Positions 12,101 to 24,370 of a stretch of DNA of 64,000 bases are shown here, one piece after another (the first letter of the stretch is position 1; every line of letters starts with the position of its first letter). Origin of the DNA: Pecten maximus (Eukaryota); contig NC_047018.1 in the NCBI RefSeq assembly GCF_902652985.1, forward strand, positions 3,720,001 through 3,784,000, written 5' to 3'. The notes beneath the pieces were generated by a model. It saw nothing but the letters and a program-made list of their open reading frames with translations, was not told the DNA's origin and did no database searches. Made by a program: the position numbers and the translations under genes.

Positions 12101-12948
12101 ACAATGTGTATATTGTAAATTCCACAACCCCGTCCACACCCTGAACCATTCGTTCGAGTTAACCTCCCTTACTCCACTCTCCACCTAAACTAACTGGCCC
12201 GCCTATAAACCCTATCTGATCCTATACTCCATCCTTTCCTATTTGATCGACTGGTATATCACGTAAACTCAAATCGACAATAAAACGTCGAGTACCGTAG
12301 TGAAAACCATTCAAGGTGACTATCACACAATGAAAACAGAACGAGGACATCATGAAGTTTTATTACTGTCAAAGTTACGGACTGGCTTCGTGAAGTCTAA
12401 CCAAATTCCCTTGGTAATAGCTGCACCACCACAATTCTAACCAATTACCTCTAATGTTCAGTCCGGGTGGGACTTAATGCGGTGCCCAATGTTAGCACTG
12501 GCCACCATGCACGGGAAATATCCCACTGCGGTTTTTCGATTAGAGACACATAATAATTAAATAGCAATTTGTTAGGACTACTCTATCACTGATAGTAGGA
12601 GAAGGGCTAATATTGTTTTCTATTGATACTAACCAGAAGCAGATGCCTGTGATACAACCTGCATCAACGGCCAAGGCACATATGCTATATAAACAAATCA
12701 TTTAGCTTGACAGCAGTCTAAGGTTTATTTCGCTTTAACACCATCAGCTGAAACGTTTGTAACCTGTCTATATTTCTCAGTAAAACTCTCCCAAATACTA
12801 TATATCTGTGCCCTGTTGACGATTTCTGGTCCTCTTCTCCGTGTGTGACACATATAGACAAATAGACAATAATTAAAATCAATTGAAAATGAAATAATTC
12901 TACATATAAAGTCTCACCTGGCAACCTCATCATGGTAGGCCTTGGCAT
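9122..12948 (-). CDS. Secreted protein, about 224 aa: signal peptide, A/S/G-rich linker, ALF-like or HicB-like domain, C-terminal ShKT domain
   Basis: Six GT-AG exons with compatible phases: 12918-12948, 10894-11192, 10559-10666, 10036-10141, 9516-9633, 9122-9134. N-terminus MPRPTMMRLPVYISVLLVCSVYG. C-terminus PCGDNYPKSYCEDRKRMGFCSPVSAFAAFMSQNCYATCRGGC* fits the six-Cys ShKT pattern (C.D...C...G.C...M...C..TC..C). TATA box about 35 bp upstream of the ATG. Confidence 0.85.
11350..12140 (+). repeat. ~53-bp minisatellite interrupted by a LINE 3' fragment (about 11530-12030), in intron 1 of the ShKT gene
   Basis: Unit ..tcaaccccatccccacaccgcaatctgtatattgtaattggccgtt.. on both sides. The insert encodes HFLLRCPLF..LLFGDNEL (LINE ORF2 C-terminus) and ends aataaaataaagtt. 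Confidence 0.7.
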
Positions 12949-13284
12949 TGGGGTTATCTAGTCACTTGGTCTACCTACGTGCTTATATAACGTTTGTCAG
13001 CTGATAAACTAGTAGACCTTAATAATTCTCTATTCACTGTTTTCGAACATAAATAATCTGTTCTTCGCAACTGCAATGTCCGTTTGATTATTTTGTTTTT
13101 AATATTCAATAAACTGTTTAAATATTTACTCCTTAACATCTGCAATACCTTTAAACTTTTCCCTGGTAAGATAATAGGTAAAAATAGCAAGTGTCCGTTT
13201 GAAGGGACATTGACGGGGACAGAAGATATATATATGGCGGGATAGATAAGAGTTTGTGTCCTGTACTACACATAGCTGTTAACG
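12949..13284. promoter_or_regulatory. Compact divergent promoter region between the ShKT gene and EMI-like gene A
   Basis: ATGs are 336 bp apart head-to-head. TATATAA on the - strand at about 12984-12990 and TATATATA on the + strand at about 13227-13235. Confidence 0.55.
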
Positions 13285-15269
13285 ATGAATGGTGTCACAG
13301 GAACTCTACTCCTATTGAGCGTCCCGGTTCTAGCCAGCTTCTTTTGGAGCATTGATGGACGGACAATAAAGAGGGCAGGCGATAAGTATGATTCGGGGGG
13401 TATTTCAGATTAATACGTTTTCTTCAAAATATCGTGATTTAGAAGCAAATATCATTATCTGCAAATTGTTTATTACAATTTGAAATATGTAATGCTGTTA
13501 AGGTGGATTTTCTCCTCACCGTGCAGATAAATGGGTTGTATATTGTACTATAATAGGGCATGTGATATCTATAGCTTACATTTACTGCGATGTATTATTC
13601 TTTAGCTCCAACTGGTGTTGCGAAATAGAACCACAAAACACGACGAGTAATTTTACCTCGATAGAAATACACCAGTTCACGAAGGTGATATGGGAGGAGA
13701 TAGAAATCCCTGAGCACCGGTGTACGTATGGCGAGGAGGCGACAGTCGGACCGATAGGATTTTACTGCACTGGTAAAAAGAACGTGTCCAGGTCAGCTAT
13801 TTACCAAATCTTTGTAAACATCGAGAACACCTTAATGTCATTACTGTTACTAAATATTAGAACACCTGAATGTCATAACTGTTACTAAATATTAGAACAC
13901 CTGAATGTCATTACTGTTACTAAATATTAGAACACCTGAATGTCATTACTGTTACTAAATATTAGAACACCTGAATGTCATTACTGTTACTAAATATTAG
14001 AACACCTGAATGTCATAACTGTTACTAAAATATTAGAACACCTGAATGTCATTACTGTTACTAAATATAGAACACCTGAAGTCAGTCTTCACTTAAATAG
14101 TGAACACCTGATTCATTTATCTGTCACTAAATACTAGAACACCTGAATGTCATTACTGTTACTAAATATTAGAACACCTGAATGTCATTACTGTTACTAA
14201 ATACTAGAACACCTGAATGTCATTACTTTAACCAAATACTAGAACACCTGAATGTCATTACTGTTACTAAATATTAGAGCACCTGAATGTCATTACTGTT
14301 ACTAAATATTAGAACACCTGAATGTCATTACTGTTACTAAATATTAGAACACCTGAATGTCATTACTGTTACTAAATATTACAACACCTGAATGTCATTA
14401 CTGTTACTAAATATTACAACAACTGAATGTCATTACTGTTACTAAATATTACAACACCTGAATGTCATTACTGTAACCAGATATTAGCATATTCATTGGT
14501 TCACCTACTGTTTACTTCACATAGAACAATTGCGTCTGATTTTCTGCTACGGAATACACACTTTTGTTTTCTAAAATGTGTTCGATCGTGTCCGACTAAA
14601 GAAAAGTCGTTAATTTGAGAAGGTACGAGTTAACTTGTTAAACTAGACCAGTTTGGTGATACATATTAGTGCAATTGTAAAGTTTGACGTTTCTTCTCTT
14701 GATAAGAACTATCGCCGTTGGAAAAACCTTTCATCAGGACATTTGCAACGTTTTGAATGAAATCTTGCACACTGGCAAAGTTCCTTACCTTTCTTTATAT
14801 GCTATACATTTAGCTGTGGAAGAATGATTTGTTTTCATTCCACGGCGTATTTTTTGTACACAGGATGGTGGTCAGATACGTACAGGTGCCCGTGGTAAAG
14901 CCCCTCATACAACAGGGGGTGTGTCCCACGGAACATGTGGTGTGTTGCGAGGGCTACACCAAACAACAGGACCAGTGTCTAAGTAAGTTGTAGATACACA
15001 TCAAAAAGCGTGTTTTGCTGTTAAAAAAATAAATAAAAATTAAACGTATGTTATCAAAACGCTTAAAACAAAAACCTATAATATTGCAATTTTGTTGGTC
15101 TTGTAAAAGAAAGGTCTTGATATTTATTTATTTATTTGACCGTAATCGACTGCGATAGACATGCTTTTCTTGTCGTAATTGATAATCTTATTGAAGCAAA
15201 CTTGCTCCTACAGAATCCTCTGCTGTTGACTCCCTCCAGGCCCTCATCGATGCGGGATTGGTTGGATAA
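13285..15269 (+). CDS. Secreted 8-Cys EMI-like preproprotein A, about 153 aa
   Basis: Exons 13285-13385, 13606-13791, 14864-14982, 15214-15269 (intron phases 2,2,1). MNGVTGTLLLLSVPVLASFFWSIDG-RTIKR-AGDNSNWCCEIEP...HRCTY...FYCTG...GVCPTEHVVCCEGYTKQQDQCLKSSAVDSLQALIDAGLVG*. AATAAA at 15312. Confidence 0.85.
13823..14475. repeat. 35-bp minisatellite, ~18 copies, in intron 2 of gene A
   Basis: Unit agaacacctgaatgtcattactgttactaaatatt. Confidence 0.95.
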
Positions 15270-16389
15270 GGACTGATGACCAATTATCTATAAATCCTTA
15301 TACATAATATAAATAAAAACAAGTATATAAGGTTTATGTTTTGTTGTCATTCCATGTCATAAAATAACATTGTACGTGTATTAGACTACATATTCGTGAA
15401 GGAATTGAAGTCCGTGTTGTAGTTTTACATCCGTCCTGTATCGTATAGCGGGTGCTATGAGACGGGGACCTCATTTGACCACGATGTAATTATCATTTTT
15501 ATGTCATCGCTTCATTGGGAAAGTAATGACTTAGATGTTCAAACTGACGTTAGGAAAGCGAAAACAGCATAATGGTGGTATATATATTAAAACGTAAATG
15601 TAAATAAGTAATGTTATAAAGTGTTTTTATTGCTAACAGAGAAACATAAAACATTGGCGGGTGTACTTAATGAAAATGATGATGTTATGGTCAAAATAAC
15701 AATTACAACACAAGAAGCAATGCATTTCCAAGTTTAAAAAAAGTTGAACAGCACCAATGAGGGTGTAACAAACGTCATCATACAAAATCACTTGAGTAAG
15801 AATATACTGAGTTAGTTATAGGGATATATATGGCGAGGATCTGTCGCTACTCGATATTCTAATCATGATATAGATGATTTTCATTCCTATTTAAGTTCTC
15901 CACATTGAAATTCATTTTTCGGAATTAGTCAAGTAGTATTTCAGATGTTATAAAACTTCGAGATCAGCATTCAAACATACTTTAAGTACCTATTGATTTT
16001 ATGTTATTTCGCTAGTAAATAATTCAGCAAGAATGTTAAGGATTTCAACCTTAACGCTGGTTAGAATAAACAACCGTATAATGTCTAGCGTGAATATAAC
16101 GATATCACAGCTTATCATTACAAACAAAAACAAAAAAACAAGTTGCTTGTATGGGGAATTCTTTATAATATTCACAGGTATTACTTATTTTGATCACATC
16201 ACTTCATTGGATCCAACCAAAGGAAACATAAGGACACGTGGATAAAGTCTCAACGTTTGTGCTTTGCTAGCTTTAGTGAACATGTGACCGATGCTAGGAC
16301 ACAGATTATTTTATCTAGTACAGTTCTCGGTTCGAAGAAAGGTTAACCCGATAGTGAGTTCTGTCTGTTTGATTCCATAGATATCAAAC

Positions 16390-18353
16390 ATGGGCGACAT
16401 GTTGAGATTTAATTTGATGCTTGCTGCTTTACTTGTATGCCTTCCATCTTTTTTATTGGAGTCAGTACTACACGATGAATCAACGATGTTTGGAAATTTG
16501 AAGTATGATTCCCTGCCGGACCACGTGAAAGAAGTCTTGCGTGAAAGTAGAGCCTCTGGGGATGAATCGTAAATATAATATAACATTATTACTAGATTAT
16601 TATAATTATGTGACTAAGCGTACGTGTTATTTATTTATTTATTTATTTATTTTTGTGATCTCATGTTGGACCCGGGTCTGTTCAATTGAGTATAATCGGG
16701 AAATATGTACATTTACGTAGATGTCTCAGGCTGATTGTATTCGCTGACTATACTTTTGTCTTTTAGAGCTCATTGGTGTTGTAAGATCAATCCAACCAAA
16801 ACCATAGTGGATTCACGAACCGTGTCTGTGACAGTAGTCGTTCCAGTAAGACACACCCATTCTAAAAGTTGTGGGTTTTTATGGACTAAAAGATGCACCT
16901 CGACCTCTTACACGACTGGGTTAGTCTACTGAAAAGTATTTTTTACAGGTTTATGGTCAGAAATAACCTGTAATAAGTAATTATGTTGATTTCTAAAGTA
17001 GAAATGATGATAATGATGAATCCACACGGATAATTTCCTGTTTGTTATAACTACACTGAATGATACATTCATACTTTGTTACAGTTAATTAATGACACAA
17101 TCATACTTTGTTACAGTTAATTAATGACACAATCATACTTTGTTACAGTTAATTAATGATACAATCATACTTTGTTACAGTTAATTAATGGTACATTCAT
17201 ACTTTGTTACAGTTAATTAATGGTACAATCATACTTTGTTACAGTTAATTAATGACACAATCATACTTTGTTACAGTTAATTAATGACACAATCATACTT
17301 TGTTACAGTTAATAAATGACACAATCATACCTTGTTACAGTTAATTAATGGTAAATCATACTTTGTTACAGTTAATTAATGGTACAATCATACTTTGTTA
17401 CAGTTAATTAATGGTACAATCATACTTTGTTAAGCTTTATTAATGACACAATTATACGTTATTACAGTTAATTGATGATACAATCATACCTTGTTAAGCT
17501 TTATTAATGACACAATTATACGTTATTACAGTTAATTGATGATACAATCATACTTTGTTGCAGTTAAATAATGATATCATGATTCCCATTCAAAGTAGAT
17601 TCTATGAAACGCGTTGATTTCCATTGATAAAGTACTTGATAATAATAATAATGGTTATAATGAAAAAATATACTGGTTATGACTAAAGGTACAGGAGAGC
17701 GTACAAGGCGACCTACACCAGCAGACTGGTACCCACCACCTGTCCAGATGAACATCTAGTGTGTTGTAAGGACTTCATCAAAGTCGCGGATCAGTGCTTG
17801 CGTAAGTCAAGATTGTTAACAAAATATCCACTACAAGTTAGGATTACGATTTTATCAAATAAAAAATATATTGATCCACCTATATTACATGGTATTACAT
17901 GGTATTACATGATATTACATGTTATTACATAGTATTACATAATAGTACTTGATATTACATGTTATTACATAGTATTACGTGGTATCATATATTATTACAT
18001 AGTATTACGTGGTATTACATAGTATTACATAAAATTACATAGTATTACATGGTAGTACATAGTATTGCGTGGTATCATGTATTATTACATAGTATTACGT
18101 GGTATTACATAATCATTATTTAGAGTAATTAATGTTCCTGTCATTGAAATAGTGTAACTGTAAGGAGGTTTTATGTTTTACGTTTTAGATATTTTTTTTT
18201 ATATAACCCGAATTGTTTTTTATCTGACAATTATCATAAAGGTATCATAAAGATATAACGTAACTTAATTACATTGTTTCAGCTCAAAATCGACTCACTG
18301 ACATTAAGGATGACTTGCTGAAGTTGCACGACGCAGGAATAGTTATTGGGTAA
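16390..18353 (+). CDS. Secreted 8-Cys EMI-like preproprotein B, about 171 aa
   Basis: Exons 16390-16568, 16767-16919, 17689-17801 (alternative in-frame acceptor at 17695), 18283-18353 (phases 2,2,1). Signal peptide, then YDSLPDHVKEVLRESRASGDESAHWCCK...SCGFLWTKRCT...YRRAYK...TCPDEHLVCCKDFIKVADQCLP...DDLLKLHDAGIVIG*. AATAAA at 18376. Confidence 0.88.
17055..17570. repeat. 32-bp minisatellite, ~16 copies, in intron 2 of gene B
   Basis: Unit caatcatactttgttacagttaattaatgaca. Confidence 0.95.
17880..18110. repeat. 10-bp minisatellite in intron 3 of gene B
   Basis: Unit gtattacat(a/g). Confidence 0.9.
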
Positions 18354-18604
18354 ACTCCAAGATATCAACTGATTAAATAAACATATTGAACTGTTAATGT
18401 TGTGGTTTTTTTTTGTGTCGAGTTCATTCAACAACACTCGTTTATCTATACACTAATATTATCGGGTTTTAATTGATTTGAGTAATGACACGTTTCAGAA
18501 CATCTTTTACAATCATGGGAATATTGTACCTTTATATCTAGATTTCGACCTATTGACATATTCTGTGGTTCTTCAGTCACCTAGTAATCAGTGCTTTAGG
18601 CTTT

Positions 18605-18866
18605 TGGCATCATGACGAGTTCTAGAATGCAGAAACAGCTGTATGATGTCCCTGACATCACTTACAAGTCATACACAGAATAAATAGCTGTATGATGTCC
18701 CTAACAGCACTGAAGACTCCTAGAAGGATGAATCAGCTGTATGATGTCCCTAACATCACTGACGTGTCCTAGAAGGAAGGACTAAACAGTAGAATGATAT
18801 CCAAAATATCACTGATTAGTCTTAGGAGGACGAATTAGATGTATGATAACCCTAACATCACTGATA
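18605..18866 (+). repeat. Hammerhead-ribozyme satellite, block 1 (~6 degenerate 49-bp units)
   Basis: Recurrent cagctgtatgatgtccctaacatcactga. Catalytic cores are mutated in all copies here. Confidence 0.8.
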
Positions 18867-18887
18867 TATACTAAGTTAACTATACCA

Positions 18888-20026
18888 TTGATACCACTGT
18901 ATATTGATATTATTATTGAAAGTAAAAAAAAGGTACAAGAGATATGTATAATGTATTGAATAAAAATAATGTATTGCCTACAGGTCAAGCAAAGTGGGAC
19001 ACCATATTTGGAAATATACCTATTGAGGAATGGAAAAAATATTCAGATTGCCTTTTGACACAAATAAAAATTTCAAAACTACAATGGTTGCAATTTAGAA
19101 TTAATCATCATCTACAAACATTTATTTGAAAAAGATTAATTTGGTTCAGTCTGATTTGTGTAATTTCTGCTTCATAGAAAAAGAAACAATACAGCATGTA
19201 CTTTGGGAATGTAATAAAGTCCAAAATTTAATTATGGCTTTCCAAATTTGGGTGTAAGCTACTTGTAATGAGACATTTAATGTATGTAAAAAAGATTTCA
19301 TTTTTGGTGAAATAGCACAAACCCCACACCAAAATAACAGAGCAGAAAATATTATAATACTAAATATGAAGCACTATATTTATTGTCAAAAGTGTTTAGG
19401 TAAAGCTCTTTACTTACCCACTCTAATTAGTAACCTTAAAACTTCATATAACATCGAGAGATACTTAGCAAAAAAATATGACAAGCAATCTACTTTTATT
19501 GAGGATTTCAGTGCTTACCATTCAGCTTTTAGAAAATATAACAATTACAATAAGGTAGTGTCTTTCATTATGAAATAGATTTAAGTTTACCAATGTAATT
19601 TATTTTTATACTTTTTCAATTTGCTTGTGTTTTTGTTGGATTCGTATCAACCTTTTTTTTCCCCATTAAATGTTTTATTAGCAATAGTCAGTTATTTTTG
19701 TCACCCTTTCAGAAATTGCCTTTACTTTCGTCGAAAATCTCGTTCCTTCTTCTCTCCATCCTCTTATGTTCCTTTCTCTCTTATCTTTGTATTTCCTTTT
19801 CTAAATCAGCTTCTACTTTTTATCCAAACTATCCCCCAATCCCATTTTTCAATTAGCTCCAGTCAATATATTCATTTGTTGATTGTTTCAATTCTACATA
19901 CACTGTACTGCCCAATAATTAAGAATGTAATAGTAGATCTAAAATATGAGTATTCATAAAAATTGATTACATGTACGTAATTAAGAGAGTATTGATGTAT
20001 ATGTTTGCCTGGAACTAATAAAAAAA
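18888..20026 (+). mobile_element. 5'-truncated L1/Tx1-type LINE with poly(A) tail and TSD
   Basis: zf-RVT-like KLQWLQFRINH...C.FC..EKETIQHVLWEC, pyrimidine-rich 3' UTR, aataaaaaaaaa tail, TSD AACTATACCA at 18878-18887 and 20027-20036. Confidence 0.8.
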
Positions 20027-20036
20027 AACTATACCA

Positions 20037-20640
20037 AAGCTACAATTTCAGCTTTTCTTTACACTACCTTTCTCTGTTACTGATGGCACCGACTTACAGT
20101 GTTTTCAGTTCGACTTGATGCACAGAATAATTTACACTAATAAATTGCTCATGAAAATCAATATTTCTTAAACTGAATTATGTATTTTCTGTAACGAAAA
20201 CATAGAAACTTTAGAACATCTTGCCTGAGACTGTCTACACTTTAAAAACATTTGGTTGTATTTTCGTAACGTTATTTTCGAAAGAAATAATATTGATATA
20301 CTATGGTCCCTAATTACGTTTCTGTTTGGTTTACAAAATATGACAGGAAACGGAGAAATTGATTTGATTATTCTAATTGTAAAACAATATATTTATAAAT
20401 GCAAGTATACCTGTAAAGTTCCAACACGTGCAGGAGCATAGGTAAAAATACAACTCTATAAAAACATGGAATATCAATATCTCTATATGTACACCCTCAA
20501 AAAGCAGCAAACATGAAATCAAAGTCGAGAGATATATCAAGAGCCCGAGACCTATATTAAAAGTGGTCATAGATATGCTAATGTCTTTTATACAAGTATT
20601 TTTGTTGATACTTATTTTTTTTAAATGTAACCAGATAACA
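20037..20640 (+). mobile_element. Older L1/Tx1-type LINE 3' fragment
   Basis: LQCFQFDLMHRIIYTNKLL...CIFCNENIETLEHL...LIVKQYIYKCK, with stops. Confidence 0.75.
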
Positions 20641-20644
20641 TGTC

Positions 20645-21160
20645 AAAAAATCCCTGATGGGTCCTAAAAGGACTAGTTAGCTCTATGATATCTTTAACGT
20701 CACTGACGACTCCTAGAAGGATGATTCAGCTGTGTGTTGTCCATAGCATCTCTGACGAGTCTCTGAAGGACGAAACAGCTGTATGATGTCCCTAACATCA
20801 CTGACGAGAATTAGACGAATTAATTAGCTGTATGATGTCCCTAACATCACTGACGAGTCCTAGAAGGACGAAACAGCTGTATGATGTCCCTAACATCACT
20901 GACGAGTCTCTGAAGGACGAAACAGCCGTATGATGTCCCTAACATCTCTGTCGAGTCTCTGAAGGACGAAACAGCTGTATGATGTTCCTAACATCACTGA
21001 CGAGTCCTAGGAGGTCTTAACAGCTGTATGATGTCCCTAACATCTCTGGCCAGTCTCTGAGGGACGAAACAGCTGTATGATGTCCCTAACAGCACTGACG
21101 AGAATTAGACGAATGAATCAGCTGTATGATGTCCCTAACATCACTGACGAGTATTAGAGG
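20645..21160 (+). ncRNA. Tandem array of 11 minimal type I hammerhead ribozyme units (49-bp period), block 2
   Basis: Core CTG(A) starts at exactly 20654, 20703, 20752, 20801, 20850, 20899, 20948, 20997, 21046, 21095, 21144. Consensus acatca-CTGACGA-gtcc-tagaa-ggac-GAAA-cagctg-TA-tgatgt-cccta. Cores at 20752, 20850 and 20899 are intact. Confidence 0.88.
20844..20887 (+). ncRNA. Intact minimal type I hammerhead ribozyme
   Basis: Stem I acatca/tgatgt (6 WC pairs), CUGACGA, stem II gtcc/ggac with tagaa loop, GAAA, minimal stem III ac/gu with palindromic agcu loop, GUA cleavage triplet (cut predicted after 20881). Confidence 0.9.
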
Positions 21161-21357
21161 CAAGATCCATAAAAAATATATCTATTGAATGAGGGAATAC
21201 TAAAGATAATGATGGTTGTAATTGAACATTGGATATTATAAAACATCATTATTATCTCAGATTCCTCACGGCAAGAGGATAGAAACGAAAGAAATTAATA
21301 CTAAATGTTTACAATAATAGGCTACATTGTGGAGTTATCGCACACCATCCAAATTAT

Positions 21358-21440
21358 GACGAAACAGCTGTATGGTGTCCCTAACATTACTGACGAGTCC
21401 TAGAAGGACGAAACAGCTGTATGGTGTCACTAACATTACG
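21358..21440 (+). ncRNA. Hammerhead array block 3; intact copy at 21384-21427
   Basis: acatta-CTGACGA-gtcc-tagaa-ggac-GAAA-cagctg-TA-tggtgt. Stem I is retained through G-U wobbles. Confidence 0.85.
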
Positions 21441-21446
21441 GATAAT

Positions 21447-24370
21447 TATTAAATAAGTATTTATATAATAATCCGAATTTTTATGCTAATGACCGTAGCG
21501 ACTAAACAACAACTGTTCTGAATACATAATGACAAAATTAGATGATCTGACCACACGGGAACATTGTACAAATATTTATATTAATATAAGAAGTGAAACA
21601 TGAAGAATGAAATAATAAAAAAAATAAGGATAAAACTTGATGATGTTTAAAACGATGATGATATGAAAAAACCTACTTCAGCAGATATGAGCAAATGCGA
21701 CATGGAATAATTATTATCTCAAAAACATATAACAACACAAGAAAATTATACAAATAAAATATTAAGATATTTAGGTCCTTTGAACTTTTAATCCTAACAT
21801 ACCCTTTTCAATCGTTTGTATGTGATATTGCAAAGATGAGTTCGGAGTAAGATTGAGCGTGACTTACATGCATAAACAAATAAAAAGAATGAAAGAACAA
21901 AGAGTTTTGAAAGAATGTTCTGGAAGAAAGGTTATATATTTCTCTTTAGCTATCTACCTTGAATATTTCCTACTCCTTATATTTTAAGCTATTCTCCTAT
22001 CTTTACCATGTATCATATATTCAAATTATTTCCATTTCTGACATATATTTGTATTTGTAACAAGACACTCTCTCTCCTCTATTCAACTCAACACACATTC
22101 TTTCGCTCTCCTCTCAATCTCTACCTCCTCAGCTCTCTGCCTCTCGTTTTTTTTCTCTCTCCTCCTCCCCCACGTCTCTCTCCCCCTCCAGAATCTATCT
22201 CCCCCTCCAGATTCATCTCTCTCCCCTCTCTATTATCTTTCTGTCTTTATATGATTATGTTAAATAAAACATAATTTGAATAAATTAACAATATCACAAA
22301 AATATTACATATATTATTTGTATGTCGCTTTGTACCCATATAATATAGCTGACAATCAGATCATTTCTGAGTGCAATAATAAAAAAAAAAAAACAAACAA
22401 AAAACATTGTACGATGTTTACTTGCCGAAATATACGGAATTTAATTCCAATCCAAACCGCCTCACAGCTTCTGGTCGCCATCTTTGTTCAAATCAAAGCA
22501 TGTGTGCGTTTGAAAGAGTCAGTACTGCAAAGCTTCTAAACGATCTTGTGATGCAAATTTTAAGATTATAATAGAAACGAAATATGATTTTAAAATGATT
22601 TGATTTCAATTACTTGTGCTTTAGGTTAGCGAATCGTAGCAACTATTTACAACGAAAATTTAATGTTGCACTAAATACTGATCACAATATTTTTATTTTG
22701 TCATTTTTTATTCCTTTCATTTCATTTCATTATGAGTGTAATTTAGATTTCCCAATAAATTCGCGGGAAATGAATTTGATGACGTAACCGGAAGCTCACA
22801 TGCTATTAGAACGTGACCCGGAAAACATGACGATAATAAAAACAGAAGTTCTTGAACATTACTTTTCACATTTTTTTGAGACACCAATGTGCTAAAATAC
22901 AACGGAAAGTAACACCGATTATGTTCATAGCTATCGTATCAAGTAAAACGAACAGTTATTGCGAAAATAGCAGTATTTTCTTCACCTAGTTGGGCTAGAC
23001 CGACTTTCGTTTTCCAGTTTACAGATATGGTCATATTAAATAATTCATCTTCTCAACCATAGTCGATCTAATTACTTATCCGCGGGATTTTTCTATTAAG
23101 AATACATGTACTTCTCATGTACAGTGCATCTTTGTTTAAAATTGACTGGTCTGCAGGTCTGATCTGACTCCCTCAGCTGACCCTGACCACAGGGCCAAGT
23201 TACTATGGTATCCTTTTGTAAACACCTCATAATAAATGTATCAACAGCAGAATCGTCTGGATTACTACAGTTTTTACCTTTTAAATACTTTAATATATAA
23301 ATACTTATTACCCGTTAGCTTGTAATTAAATAAGTATTTATATAATAATCCGAATTTTTATGTTAATGACCGTAGCGTCTAAACAACAACTGTTCTGAAT
23401 ACATAATGACAAAATTAGATGATCTGACCACACGGGTACATTGTACGATGTTTACTTGCCGAAATATACGCATTTTAATTTCAATCCAAACCGCCTCACA
23501 GCTTCAGGTCGCCATCTTTGCTCAAATCAAAGCATCTGTGCGTTTGAAAGAGTCAGTACTGCAAAGCTTCTAAACGATCTTGTGATGCAAATTTTAAGAT
23601 TATAATAGAAACAAAATATGGATTTTAAAATGATTTGATTTCAATTACTTGTGCTTTAGGTTAGCGAATCGTAGCAACTATTTACAACGAAAATTTAATG
23701 TTGCACTAAATACTGATCACAATATTTTTATTTTGTCATTTTTTATTCCTTTCATTTCATTTCATTATGAGTGTAATTTAGATTTCCCAATAAATTCGCG
23801 GGAAATGAATTTGATGACGTAACCGGAAGCTCACATGCTATTAGAACGTGACCCGGAAAACATGACGATAATAAAAACAGAAGTTCTTGAACATTACCGG
23901 ATTATTTTCACATTTTTTTGAGACACCAATGTGCTAAAATACAACGGAAAGTAACACCGATTATGTTCATAGCTATCGTATCAAGTAAAACGAACAGTTA
24001 TTGCGAAAATAGCAGTATTTGCTTCACCCAGAGTCTCTGCTTCACCTAGGCTAGACCTACTTTCGTTTTCCAGTTTACAGTTATGGTAATATTAAATCAT
24101 TCATCTTCTCAACCATAGTCGATCTTATCCGCGAGATTTTTCTATTTAGAATATTTGTACTTCTCATGTACAGTGCATCTTTGTTTAAAATGGTCTGCAG
24201 ATCTGATCTGACTCCCTCAGCTGACCCTGACCACAGGGTCACGTTACTATCGTATCCTTTTGTAAACACATCATAATAAATGTATCAACGGCAGAATCGT
24301 CTGAATTACTACAATTTTTACCTTTTAAATACTTTAATATACAAATACTTATTACCGGTTAGCTTGTAAT
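21447..24370. repeat. ~1.05-kb tandem duplication; the first copy is interrupted by a retroelement
   Basis: 21447-21569 plus 22413-23325 is nearly identical to 23325-24370. Confidence 0.85.
21570..22402 (+). mobile_element. Poly(A)-tailed retroelement 3' fragment with TSD
   Basis: TSD AACATTGTAC at 21560-21569 and 22403-22412, CT-rich tract at 22060-22240, A-rich tail at 22375-22402. Absent from the duplicate copy at about 23445. Confidence 0.7.

Noticed and set aside
12718-12948. 76-aa ORF as a single-exon gene
   Set aside because: The strong donor at 12917 spliced to 11192 gives a proper signal peptide and a full ORF; the rest is intron.
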